Translations under genes and position numbers: made by a program
The notes under the pieces: model-generated
What the model was told of the DNA's origin: nothing
What the model saw: only the letters and a program-made list of their open reading frames with translations
Database searches by the model: none
NCBI GenBank assembly: GCA_045605805.1
Contig: JAZUQR010000026.1
Location: forward strand, 11,316 to 75,315
Length of the DNA: 64,000 nt
Direction: 5' to 3'
From: Alphaproteobacteria bacterium
GTDB lineage: Bacteria > Pseudomonadota > Alphaproteobacteria > CAAHEQ01 > UBA3637
Shown here: piece by piece, positions 9,722 through 19,290 of the stretch
Layout: every line of letters begins with the position of its first letter
Position numbering within the stretch: position 1 is the stretch's first letter

Positions 9722-11011
9722 ATGAATATAGAACGCATTTCTTCTGCTTTACAAACCTATAACGGGCAAGAAGATTCTATGCACGCCGTGGTGGATGTCC
9801 TTCAAGAAGAATTGGGTGAAAACTGGACAGATGTGGTTTTTGAACAGTTGCAACAATTATCCCCTGCCTTAAAGGATAATTTAACCCATGCCTATAATTA
9901 TTATGCCGCCACAATTGCGTGGAATGAAACGCAAAACTATTTGATGGATGAGACACTTCAAAAAACGCCCGATTTGGAAGAAAGATTGCCGATTTTGAAA
10001 CATTGGCTGGATTTTTTCGGTGCGCCAGGACAAAGTGCTTATCAGGAATTGGAAAATAAGCTGAATGCTTTGCCGACAGGGGATGAAGGAACGGATGATG
10101 AAGAAGTTCAAATGCCAGAAGCAGAGGTAATTCCTGAAGAAGAAATCGCCCTGCAAGAAAGTGGGGAAACGCAAACAGAAGAAGAAATAAACGAATCCTT
10201 TGAAGAAGAGGAAAACGAAGTTGATGAATGGATGAACTCTGATCAACCAACGGGGGATTCGGCTGAATCCGAAGAAGAGTTAGAAGATGTGGCAGATAAG
10301 CAAGAACAAGATGAATCGGAAGCAGACGAAACAGAGGAAGCGGATACGGAAGAAGAAAAGCTAGAAATAGAAGAGACCCCTGCCGTTTTTGAAATTAAAA
10401 AACTGCAAAAACAGTTGAATTTGCTAAACCAAAATCAAGCATGGCTTTCGGCCCGTTGTATCCAACTGAAAGGTATTGAAGTCTATGCATATCCCTTCTA
10501 TGGTTTTATTGTTGACCTGTTGCGTCAAACTTTGAAAAGTATGGAAAAAATTGAAAAAGATGAAGAAATGACTGCTTTGTTGCCGTCTGTGTTTGAAGGG
10601 GGAAAAGAAGCCTTTGACAATAAGAAGCAAGCCATTGAACATGATATTGAATTGGCCGAACAAAACTGTGAATCGGCTACCACCGCATTGATTTCTGATG
10701 AAACAGATATGGACGAGGTAAGGCGGACATTGGGGGCTATTGATACAAGTGATACAGTGGAATATGTTGGGCCTGCTCCTGATGGTTTTGAGTTATTAGA
10801 TGATGAAGCCCCGCTGGACGAAAGTGTCATCAAACAGCAATATGAAAAATTGGAAAAGATAAATGCTTTAACAGGACAAACCGATCAAAAAGCAAATGAA
10901 AATAAAATAATTCAAGAAAACACTTCACAAAATGAAGAAAAAGGTGTACAACAAAGAAAATTATCTTTTTCGTTGAAACGGACAAAACCAACTGAGGAAG
11001 GTAGTAATTAA
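9722..11011 (+). CDS. Hypothetical highly acidic protein
   Basis: AAGGAG RBS; long Glu/Asp-rich central linker. Confidence 0.8.
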   Translation: MNIERISSALQTYNGQEDSMHAVVDVLQEELGENWTDVVFEQLQQLSPALKDNLTHAYNYYAATIAWNETQNYLMDETLQKTPDLEERLPILKHWLDFFGAPGQSAYQELENKLNALPTGDEGTDDEEVQMPEAEVIPEEEIALQESGETQTEEEINESFEEEENEVDEWMNSDQPTGDSAESEEELEDVADKQEQDESEADETEEADTEEEKLEIEETPAVFEIKKLQKQLNLLNQNQAWLSARCIQLKGIEVYAYPFYGFIVDLLRQTLKSMEKIEKDEEMTALLPSVFEGGKEAFDNKKQAIEHDIELAEQNCESATTALISDETDMDEVRRTLGAIDTSDTVEYVGPAPDGFELLDDEAPLDESVIKQQYEKLEKINALTGQTDQKANENKIIQENTSQNEEKGVQQRKLSFSLKRTKPTEEGSN

Positions 11012-11027
11012 ACAAAAGAGGGGACTT

Positions 11028-12173
11028 ATGAAAAAAAAAGGTGTTTGGTTTGGTTTGATAATGGCTTTTATGTGGGCAAGTGCCGTATTTGCAAATGCAG
11101 ATATCCAAAAAGTTTCACCTGTGGCACTGGTTGATTTTGAAATGCCGTTTCGGTGTACAACCACACAATCTGATCAAGCCGTGTCGCAAACAATTGCTTT
11201 AACATTGGATGATTTTGCGTTCCAATCGCTTCAAGCAGGGAATGCTTTGCCACGGTTTGCTGTGAACGATTACACATTCAAAGAACAACCCTTGGATAAA
11301 GTGTTGGCTAAGTTGGTTGAATCGGCAGGCATAAAGGTCATGGCTCCCAAAACAGAAATGATGTTGCTGACAGCAAAAAATGTCAATGGCGATTTGGCCT
11401 CTGTGGTGCAACAATTGACGGATGCAGGAGAAATGTTTTATAACTATAAAGAGGCTTCCAAAACCTTAACCCTGTTGCGGCGTGCGGATTTTGCTTTGCA
11501 AGTACCAAAAAACAAAGCCATCTTGATGTCTGTTTTAGATGCGTTAAGAGGTCAAGAGATTCAAAATATATCGGTTGATTTTGAAAAATATAAAATTCGT
11601 ATGAATGTAAGCCCCGAAGAATTGAAGCAGGCAAAAAAGGTTGTGCGCAAGATTTTAGACGATGCCTATTTGCTGGCCGCAGATATAAAAATATATGAGC
11701 TTTTTTTGCCCTATGCGATAGAAGGTCAATGGAATACCATAATGCATAAAGCACTGCCAATGATTGCCACAACAAAAAATGCCTTAACAGGGCGGGCCAT
11801 GATTTTGAAAAATCATAAAAATTCAGACGATATTGTCCAAATAGTCAAGCAGTTTTATCAAGTTCAGCCTCTGGTCAGCGGACAATCTGTTGTGCCAAAT
11901 GGATGGCAAATGCGGTTTAATATCAATGAATGTACAACAACGCCGTTGCCTTATGACAACATGAGCCTGTTGATGAAAACACGCATTCATAACGAAATGG
12001 ATGAGCGCACCCAAATCACTATCGCTTCTGGAAATGAAGTGTTAACAACCTTTGATATTACCAGCAATTTGAATCAAGAAGTTGTTTTGTTGGGAATGCG
12101 TCAGCCAAATAACAAAGAACTTTTAATTACAGTCAAGTTTAATTTAATACGCTTATCACAGAAAGGAGAATAA
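11028..12173 (+). CDS. Exported protein resembling secretin N-domains (PilN/BfpB-like)
   Basis: Signal peptide; PLDKVLAKLVESAGIKV and GDLASVVQQLTDAGEMFYNY resemble STN/N0 modules; too short for a full secretin. Confidence 0.45.
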   Translation: MKKKGVWFGLIMAFMWASAVFANADIQKVSPVALVDFEMPFRCTTTQSDQAVSQTIALTLDDFAFQSLQAGNALPRFAVNDYTFKEQPLDKVLAKLVESAGIKVMAPKTEMMLLTAKNVNGDLASVVQQLTDAGEMFYNYKEASKTLTLLRRADFALQVPKNKAILMSVLDALRGQEIQNISVDFEKYKIRMNVSPEELKQAKKVVRKILDDAYLLAADIKIYELFLPYAIEGQWNTIMHKALPMIATTKNALTGRAMILKNHKNSDDIVQIVKQFYQVQPLVSGQSVVPNGWQMRFNINECTTTPLPYDNMSLLMKTRIHNEMDERTQITIASGNEVLTTFDITSNLNQEVVLLGMRQPNNKELLITVKFNLIRLSQKGE

Positions 12174-12174
12174 A

Positions 12175-12765
12175 ATGACGGATTTCAAAGCACCGCCACC
12201 ACCACAAGGATTTGCACCGGAACCACAGGTGCGTCCAGAAGCCATCACACCAACACAGCCCACCCCTGTGGCTCAGGAACAGGTTCAGCCTGTGGCTGAT
12301 ACTAAAACGAATACAATGTCTTCGCAAGCAGGTTTGTCGTCACAGCAGATTCAAGGTAAAGTGGCCGACCTAAAAAATAAGTATGATGCTTTGCCATCTC
12401 AGAAAAAAAACATTATTCTTTGCGTGGCAACCTTTGTGTTGGGCATTGTGATGGGCTGTGTGATGTTTGGTGGGGCAGAATCAGTCACACAAGCCCCAAC
12501 AGGTCTGCAAGGAGTTATTGGCAATTCCGATATACGACCGGACCAAAAACTGAAAAGATGTGGTCAGTCAGAAGCCTCTTCGGCTTGCGTATTGTATGTG
12601 ATGAATTATTATACATACGAAAAATCGGCAGCCGATTTCTTTGAATTGGCAGCTTCCTTAACGGGACGCAGTATAAGTTCAATCAGAACGGATAATGTAC
12701 GATACGCTTCTATGAAAATCCCACCGGGGTATTTTGTGCAAATCAAAGTGCCACGCTATCAATAA
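12175..12765 (+). CDS. Hypothetical bitopic membrane protein with Pro/Gln-rich N-terminus
   Basis: Single TM segment, C-terminal domain with Cys pair. Confidence 0.75.
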   Translation: MTDFKAPPPPQGFAPEPQVRPEAITPTQPTPVAQEQVQPVADTKTNTMSSQAGLSSQQIQGKVADLKNKYDALPSQKKNIILCVATFVLGIVMGCVMFGGAESVTQAPTGLQGVIGNSDIRPDQKLKRCGQSEASSACVLYVMNYYTYEKSAADFFELAASLTGRSISSIRTDNVRYASMKIPPGYFVQIKVPRYQ

Positions 12766-12767
12766 AA

Positions 12768-12795
12768 AAATCCCCGATGTTAAAGTCGGGGATTT
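12768..12795. terminator. Probable bidirectional intrinsic terminator
   Basis: aaatccccga-tgttaaag-tcggggattt hairpin between convergent genes. Confidence 0.6.
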
Positions 12796-13211
12796 GTCCA
12801 TGTGAAACATAAAGCATCAAAACTGCCCCCTTTTTCGTGATAATAATTCGGCCGTACACCGGTTTGAATAAAACCATGCTTTTTGTATAATTGAATGGCT
12901 GGTTCGTTGGTGGCCCGTACTTCCAAAAAAATATGGTGTTTGGATTGGTCAAAGGCCATTTGTTGAAGCTGTTCTAAAAGACGGGAAGCCACCCCATTGC
13001 GGCGTCTGTTAGGATGCACGGCCAAAGTCAAAATCTCTAAATCCAGACCCAAATCGGCACAAAGCACAAAGCCAAACGCATCCCCAAAGCCAAAAGTGGT
13101 GGGTAAATCCAAAATCTTGCGAAAGTTATCCTCACTCCAAGGTTCGTCAAAACATAAAGCATGAAGTTTGGCAAGTGGCTCGGCAAAAAAAGATTCCTTA
13201 AAGTGTGACAT
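12780..13211 (-). CDS. rimI: RimI-type N-acetyltransferase
   Basis: EILTLAVHP..RRNGVA, LEVRATNEPAIQLY..GF...G.RPNYY; downstream of tsaB. Confidence 0.85.
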   Translation of the reverse strand: MSHFKESFFAEPLAKLHALCFDEPWSEDNFRKILDLPTTFGFGDAFGFVLCADLGLDLEILTLAVHPNRRRNGVASRLLEQLQQMAFDQSKHHIFLEVRATNEPAIQLYKKHGFIQTGVRPNYYHEKGGSFDALCFTWTNPRL

Positions 13212-13818
13212 CGGCTTCCCGTAAATACAGCGGATGCGGTTCTTGAACTAAATCTGAATGCCATAAAGCAATATGGGCCACATTCAAAGCCAATGGAGCA
13301 ACAGGCGATATCACCTCACAGCCAATTTCGTCGGCAAGTAAGGTGGCCCCACTACCCACAGCTGTAAACGGTAAAGATGATTTCAAAGCCAGCTCATCCA
13401 ACAAAGCCGGTTCGTTCAAAGGAACACAAAAAGCATCAAAATCTTGAACAAAATAATCGGCCCGCTTGCTGTCTAACACAACCTTTACCGGTTGATGAAG
13501 GCCATAAGCGGTGGCCAAAAAATTATTCACACCATAAACAGGAATGTTAAGAGCCAAAGCTAAGCCTCGTGCAGTGGCAAGACCAATGCGTACCCCCGTA
13601 AAAGAACCAGGACCCACGGCAACCGCAAGACAAGTCAAATCTTTTGAAGTGCAACCATATTCGTCAAACAAGTTTTGAATCAAGCCCATCAGGCATTCCC
13701 CTTGTCCACGGGAAAGAGTGGAGACCAAACTTGCTAAGCGCCCCTCGCTGTCCAATAAAGCAACAGAGGTGCAATCAGAAGTCGTATCAATGGCTAAGCA
13801 TAAAGTTTTTTTTGTCAT
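13198..13818 (-). CDS. tsaB: tRNA t6A biosynthesis protein TsaB
   Basis: LAIDTT, AVAVGPGSFTGVRIG, PLYLR. Confidence 0.95.
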   Translation of the reverse strand: MTKKTLCLAIDTTSDCTSVALLDSEGRLASLVSTLSRGQGECLMGLIQNLFDEYGCTSKDLTCLAVAVGPGSFTGVRIGLATARGLALALNIPVYGVNNFLATAYGLHQPVKVVLDSKRADYFVQDFDAFCVPLNEPALLDELALKSSLPFTAVGSGATLLADEIGCEVISPVAPLALNVAHIALWHSDLVQEPHPLYLREADVTL

Positions 13819-13953
13819 AACCAAATTATACGCTGAATCCCCCAAAAAATCAAGCCAGAAAACACCTCACTTGATAAGAAAATACGATTTTTTTGTGAAA
13901 AGATGAAAAAAAATGTTGCACTTTGTTTTTTTTTGTGCTAGTATATCTTCGTT

Positions 13954-14029
13954 GCCGATTTAGCTCAGCTGGTAGAGCAACTGATTTGTAATCAGTAGGT
14001 CGTTAGTTCGAATCTGACAATCGGCACCA
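13954..14029 (+). tRNA. tRNA-Thr(TGT)
   Basis: GCCGATTTAGCTCAG...ACTGA-TTTGTAA-TCAGT...GTTCGAATC...TCGGCACCA, 76 nt; downstream hairpin plus T-run. Confidence 0.97.
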
Positions 14030-14132
14030 TCTTTTTTATAAGAATTGGGTCGTTTCTTTTGAAACGGCTTTTTTTGTTGCTTTTTGTGTTTTTTTCGGCT
14101 ATCATAAAATGAATGATTTTAAGGAGTAAAAG

Positions 14133-15431
14133 ATGACAACGCAATTGATTAAACCCGCCTCAATCACAGGTTTTCCGGAATATCTGCCGGAAGAACGCAT
14201 TTTAGAACAAAAAATGTTGGATGAAATCCGCAAGGTTTTTGAAAGCCATGGTTTCTGCTCTATTGAAACCCCAGTGGTGGAAAAGTTGGAAGTTTTGTTG
14301 TCCAAAAGTGCCGATACCAACAAAGAAATGTATGTGTTGGGTCGTTTGCAAGCCGAAGAAAAAGAAGAAGCCAAAATGGGTTTGCGCTATGATTTAACTG
14401 TTCCCTTTGCCCGCTATGTTGCCCAACACGAAAATGATTTGGTGTTTCCCTTCAAACGCTATCAAATTCAACCCTGTTGGCGTGGAGAAAGGCCAAAGTT
14501 GGGGCGCTATCGTCAATTCACACAATGTGATGTGGATGTGGTGGCTCGTGAAAAATTGGCCCTTGAATATGATGCCTTGATGCCGGCCATCGTGTGTGAG
14601 GCATGGCAAAAAATTGGCTTTGAAAATATCATCCTTCAAATTTCAAACCGTAAGATTTTGGCGGGTTTTGCCACAGGTTTGGGCATTGAAAAGGTGGGCG
14701 AAACATTGCGTGTGCTGGATAAATTGAAAAAAATTGGTTCAGATGCGGTGCGTGAAATGTTGGGCGAACTGAATTTGTCTAACGAACAAATTGAAGCCTG
14801 TTTGAAAATTGCCGAAATCAAAACAAATGATTTGTCCTTTGCTGATAAGGTGCGTGCCTTGGGCGTTGCCAACGAAACATTGGAATTGGGCTTGAATGAA
14901 TTGACACAATGCGTTGAATTATACAGTAAAATGTGTTCTGTGCCATATTGTGTGGATATGTCGCTTGTGCGTGGGTTTGATTATTACACCGGCACAACTT
15001 ATGAAGTTCAGCTGGTTGGCACCGATTTTGCTGATTCTATTGGCGGTGGCGGACGGTATGATAATCTGGCCTCTACAATGACCAAAAGTCGCTTGCCAGG
15101 GGTTGGCATTTCCATGGGGATTTCTCGGGCCTTGGGCGTTGCCTTAAAATTGGGTTTGATGCAAACAGGGGCTAAATCTCCCACCCAAGTGTTGGTTGTC
15201 AATGTGGAAAGCCAAGACAAAACAAAAATGTTGGCTGTGGCTGAAAAGTTGCGAGCCAGAGGCATTCAAACAGAGGTTTATTTGGAAGGTGGAAAATTGG
15301 CAAAACAATTAAAATATGCCAATGATAAAAAAATCCCTTATGTTTGGTTTGATATTGATAACGCTGTAAAAAATATGGAAACAGGGAATCAGGAAATCGG
15401 CAATCCGGACGAATGGCTGCCAACAAAATAA
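14133..15431 (+). CDS. hisS: Histidyl-tRNA synthetase
   Basis: LRYDLTVPFARY, WRGERP..GRYRQFTQCDVD, RGFDYYTG, GGGGRYDNL. Confidence 0.97.
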   Translation: MTTQLIKPASITGFPEYLPEERILEQKMLDEIRKVFESHGFCSIETPVVEKLEVLLSKSADTNKEMYVLGRLQAEEKEEAKMGLRYDLTVPFARYVAQHENDLVFPFKRYQIQPCWRGERPKLGRYRQFTQCDVDVVAREKLALEYDALMPAIVCEAWQKIGFENIILQISNRKILAGFATGLGIEKVGETLRVLDKLKKIGSDAVREMLGELNLSNEQIEACLKIAEIKTNDLSFADKVRALGVANETLELGLNELTQCVELYSKMCSVPYCVDMSLVRGFDYYTGTTYEVQLVGTDFADSIGGGGRYDNLASTMTKSRLPGVGISMGISRALGVALKLGLMQTGAKSPTQVLVVNVESQDKTKMLAVAEKLRARGIQTEVYLEGGKLAKQLKYANDKKIPYVWFDIDNAVKNMETGNQEIGNPDEWLPTK

Positions 15432-15444
15432 AAAAGGAGATAAA

Positions 15445-15981
15445 ATGAAAAACATAATACTTGCACTGGTGTCATTATTTGCTTCTGTTAAAACATTTGC
15501 AAATCCGGCATGTACAACATTGTGTCCTTTAATTGTGGGGGCATCTTTAACAATTGCCCAAAAAATGGGAGTAAAAGATGAAGTGGTGGGCGTGCTGTCT
15601 GGTGCTTTGTTGGCCATCGTGGGCTATTGGATGATTCGTTTTTGTGAAAAAAGAAATTGGAACTTTCCGGCCAGAAACATTGTTTTAATGGCGGTATCCA
15701 TTGCCTCCATCGGTTTTGTTTATGGGGGAACACTTACCTATAACCCCAGATTGCATTGGCATTTATTGTATATTGATTCCTTCTTGTTGGCGGCCTTATG
15801 TGGTGCTGCGGCTCATATTATTGGGGTCAATTTATATGGCTGGATGAAAGAAAAAAATGGGGGGCATGCGCATTTCCCATTTGAAAAAGTGGTTGTCCCT
15901 GTTCTTTTAGACGCACTTGTCTGTTGGATTTTTTGGCAAACAAACTTGTGCGAATGTCACGAAGTTATTATCTTAAAATAA
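15445..15981 (+). CDS. Hypothetical membrane protein
   Basis: Several TM segments; HAHFPFEKVVVP C-terminal motif. Confidence 0.75.
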   Translation: MKNIILALVSLFASVKTFANPACTTLCPLIVGASLTIAQKMGVKDEVVGVLSGALLAIVGYWMIRFCEKRNWNFPARNIVLMAVSIASIGFVYGGTLTYNPRLHWHLLYIDSFLLAALCGAAAHIIGVNLYGWMKEKNGGHAHFPFEKVVVPVLLDALVCWIFWQTNLCECHEVIILK

Positions 15982-16005
15982 AATCAAAATAAACAAGGGG
16001 GAAAA

Positions 16006-16965
16006 ATGGGAACAACAATAGATTTTTGCTATTTGTTGAATAAAAAAGGATATGCCAAAGCAATCAGTAAAAACAAAATCCAACAAAGGAAAGCGCCTAT
16101 ATGGGTGCATATTGATTATCAAAAAAAACAAAATCAAAAATGGTTGTCCGAACAAAATCTTTCGCCATCTGTGTTGGAAAATCTGTTGGATGCAGATACG
16201 ACACCCCGGTATTTTAAGGATGAAAAAGGAGTGTTGGCAGTGATGCGTGGCATCAATGCAAAAACTGAGTCAGAAGACGATATGATAGCCGTTCATATAT
16301 GGATGAGCAAAAACCTTTTGATGACTTTGTCGCACAGAGAATGTCCGAGTATACAGCAGGTGGTGGATAGATTCATCACAGGCTCTGGGCCGACTTCCAT
16401 TCAAGAATGTTTTGTGGCATTGGCCCGCCAAATGAATAGCCAAATTGAAAAAACTTTGGTTGAAATACATGAAGAAGGAGATAGTTTGGAAGATGCCGTT
16501 ATCTCAGAAACAACCTTCAAACAAGATTCTATTTTGCGCCACCGTTTAAGTCGTCTGCGCCATAAAATTGTTGGCTTGCGTCGCTATTTAATACCCCAGC
16601 GTGAGATGATGAATAAATTGGTTCAAGACAGTGTTTTTGAAGAACAAAATAAACTGAATATGCAAGAAATTGCCCGAGATTTGACAACTGTTGTATCCGA
16701 ATTAGATTATGCAAAAGATCGCTCTTCTGTTATTCAAGAGGAATTAGATGCACAAACAAATATAGATATCAGCCGAACCATGTATCTGATGAGTTTGATT
16801 ATGGTAATTTTTACCCCGCTCAGCTTTTTAACCGGCTTGCTGGGGGCAAATGTCAAAGGCATTCCCTTTGGCGAACACGAAAACGGATTTTTAATTTTAA
16901 GTGTGGTTCTTGTGCTGTTTGCATGTGTTCAAGTGGCAATTATCAAAAAAGCAAAATGGTTCTAA
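16006..16965 (+). CDS. CorA/ZntB family divalent cation transporter
   Basis: LRRYLIPQRE, PLSFLTGLLGANVKGIP (GxN motif). Confidence 0.9.
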   Translation: MGTTIDFCYLLNKKGYAKAISKNKIQQRKAPIWVHIDYQKKQNQKWLSEQNLSPSVLENLLDADTTPRYFKDEKGVLAVMRGINAKTESEDDMIAVHIWMSKNLLMTLSHRECPSIQQVVDRFITGSGPTSIQECFVALARQMNSQIEKTLVEIHEEGDSLEDAVISETTFKQDSILRHRLSRLRHKIVGLRRYLIPQREMMNKLVQDSVFEEQNKLNMQEIARDLTTVVSELDYAKDRSSVIQEELDAQTNIDISRTMYLMSLIMVIFTPLSFLTGLLGANVKGIPFGEHENGFLILSVVLVLFACVQVAIIKKAKWF

Positions 16966-16968
16966 ACC

Positions 16969-17619
16969 TTACCAATTTTGACAAAGAGCAGTGGTTTTTT
17001 GATAGGATTCCTTTGTGTCAATAGCAGCATTTTTCTTTGCCATGGTATTGTTGATGTGTTGAATAACAGGTTGTAAATTATCAAGGACAGTCTGTGTCAT
17101 TTTATTAGTAGCCGATTTAATGTCATTCTTATTATGTACAACCCTTGGTCGTAAAGAGGCAAGAGTTTTGGATAAAACCTTTTCAACATCTGGCTTAAAG
17201 AAAGTCAATGCATGTTGCGACACAGATACATGATAATCTTCATGTTCTTTAATCACTTTGTATTCACAACTGTTGGCGGGATATTTTTTATCTATATAAA
17301 CGGTTAAATTGGGATAGGATAAAGTCACTTCAACATCTTTTAATGAAACACAAAATTGTCCGGCATATTGTTCAATCTGTGGGGTAATAAGTGTGTTGAG
17401 GTCAAATTCTGCCACCGTAAGCCCTAAAGTGTGGGGCGAATAAGGTACCTTTGCTTTCCTAAGAAAATCCTTACGGGAATACGATGTAATATATTTTGGG
17501 TTGCCTGTTTTTATTTTAACCAGCACTCGGGTACTCATTTGTGTACAAAAAGGCATTGCATTTTGGGCCAAAACAGGCGATACTATAAATAAAGATAAAA
17601 ATAAAAATAATTTTTTCAT
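16969..17619 (-). CDS. Exported hypothetical protein with HExxH motif (DUF922-like putative Zn peptidase)
   Basis: Signal peptide; KEHEDYHV. Confidence 0.6.
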   Translation of the reverse strand: MKKLFLFLSLFIVSPVLAQNAMPFCTQMSTRVLVKIKTGNPKYITSYSRKDFLRKAKVPYSPHTLGLTVAEFDLNTLITPQIEQYAGQFCVSLKDVEVTLSYPNLTVYIDKKYPANSCEYKVIKEHEDYHVSVSQHALTFFKPDVEKVLSKTLASLRPRVVHNKNDIKSATNKMTQTVLDNLQPVIQHINNTMAKKNAAIDTKESYQKTTALCQNW

Positions 17620-17648
17620 AAAAACACTATATCATAGGAAAAAATAAA

Positions 17649-18443
17649 ATGCAAAAAATAATTTCATGGAATGTAGCCTCGGTTCGGGCAAGAATGCCTG
17701 CCTTAGAAAAATTGTTAAAACAAGAACAACCAGATATCGTTTTATTGCAGGAAATAAAGGCCGAACAAGATACTTTCCCTTTTTTGGAACTGCAAGGGTT
17801 GGGCTATCATTGTGCAATAAGCGGACAAAAATCTTATAACGGAGTAGCCATTTTATCCAAAGAGCCATTGACTGCGGTTCAAACAGCCCTGCCGGATTTC
17901 CAAGATACAGAACAACCACAAGCCCGCTTTGTGCAAGCAACATTGTCCTCAGGACAAAAGGTTATTTCTGTCTATGTGCCAAATGGCAATCCCCCCGAAA
18001 AAGACCCAGAAAATAAGGAAAAATTGGCGTATAAATTAAAGTGGATGGCTGCGCTAAATAAGTATGTAAATCAGCTGTTGTTAAGCGGAGAAAAAATCAT
18101 TTTGGGCGGTGATTTCAATGTGATTGAAAAAGATACAGATGTGTATAATCCACAGGCGTATCGGACAAACGCTTTGATGGTAGACAGTGTTCGGGAAAAA
18201 TATGCCGAATTAAATGCGTTGCCGCTTATAAATGCAATCCGTTTGATGAATCCAGAACCCCATACCTATTCGTTTTGGGATTTTCAAATGCGGGCGTGGC
18301 CACTCAATCGGGGAATGTTGTTGGATGCGTTGTTTGTGAACAGCTCTATGAAACAGCAAGTATCCAGTGCCGGCATCTTGAAACAAGTGCGAGGATGGGA
18401 AAAAACATCGGATCATGCCCCCGTTTTTTTAATTTTGGATTAA
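17649..18443 (+). CDS. xth: Exodeoxyribonuclease III
   Basis: SWNVASVRAR, LQEIK, YVPNG, GDFN, SDHAPV. Confidence 0.96.
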   Translation: MQKIISWNVASVRARMPALEKLLKQEQPDIVLLQEIKAEQDTFPFLELQGLGYHCAISGQKSYNGVAILSKEPLTAVQTALPDFQDTEQPQARFVQATLSSGQKVISVYVPNGNPPEKDPENKEKLAYKLKWMAALNKYVNQLLLSGEKIILGGDFNVIEKDTDVYNPQAYRTNALMVDSVREKYAELNALPLINAIRLMNPEPHTYSFWDFQMRAWPLNRGMLLDALFVNSSMKQQVSSAGILKQVRGWEKTSDHAPVFLILD

Positions 18444-18706
18444 AAATTGGGTAAGGGTAAATCTTCTTTGGAAACGCCCTCCACTTGAACCACTTTAAGG
18501 CGATTCGTTTGTCCTAATACAATGGAAAAAGCCCGTTTGGGTAAATGTAAGGAATCTGATAAAAATGCAATCAGAGCTTCGTTCGCCTTGCCATCCACAG
18601 CCGGAGCTTGAAGGGCAATTTTATAATGTGTGCCATTCCATATACCTGCCCAACCGGAACGCTTGGCATTAGGTAAAACACGAATCTGTAAGCGACAATC
18701 AACCAT
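18440..18706 (-). CDS. DUF167/YggU family protein
   Basis: VLPNAKR, APAVDGKANEALI. Confidence 0.9.
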   Translation of the reverse strand: MVDCRLQIRVLPNAKRSGWAGIWNGTHYKIALQAPAVDGKANEALIAFLSDSLHLPKRAFSIVLGQTNRLKVVQVEGVSKEDLPLPNF

Positions 18707-19277
18707 GCGTCAGTTTAATTTTTTCGGTTTTGTTGTTCAAAGAGGGCAGGCAGGCGTGTTCCTTCATTTTTTGCAATTCATCTTGTAAAGCCAAAATCTC
18801 TTGATGCAAAGCCTGCAATTGGGGTTGTAAAGAAGTCACCACAGCAATTGCCGTATCAAAGGTTTCTGTTTTGCTGCGATACAGGCGAAAAGTGCGAATA
18901 ACAGCATAAAGTACGGCAATAATAGCCACCAGATTTAAGCCAAATACACACAAACTTTGTAAAATATCACTGGTCATTTCCAATGTGTTCAACTTGGCCG
19001 AAACAGAAAACTTTGAAACCAAAGCGGTGATATATTGAAACACCGCCGAAGGATTGGTCAAAGACGAATTATTTTTCATTACTTCGGCAAACTTGTCCAA
19101 AGAAACAAGTTGGTCTTGCAGCTGATCAACGGAAAAGTGTTTGCGAATAAGAGTTGGAAGAATGCTTTTGCCATACAAATAAGCAATAGCAACGGGCAAT
19201 AACCAAACCAGTTGCCACGAAAAACACACAATCAAACGACAAACGGGGCGGACAATGGTCAAAAAAAGTTTTTTCAT
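18699..19277 (-). CDS. Hypothetical membrane protein with C-terminal coiled coil
   Basis: Two TM segments; operonic with priA. Confidence 0.7.
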   Translation of the reverse strand: MKKLFLTIVRPVCRLIVCFSWQLVWLLPVAIAYLYGKSILPTLIRKHFSVDQLQDQLVSLDKFAEVMKNNSSLTNPSAVFQYITALVSKFSVSAKLNTLEMTSDILQSLCVFGLNLVAIIAVLYAVIRTFRLYRSKTETFDTAIAVVTSLQPQLQALHQEILALQDELQKMKEHACLPSLNNKTEKIKLTHG

Positions 19278-19290
19278 AACGCAATCCTTC

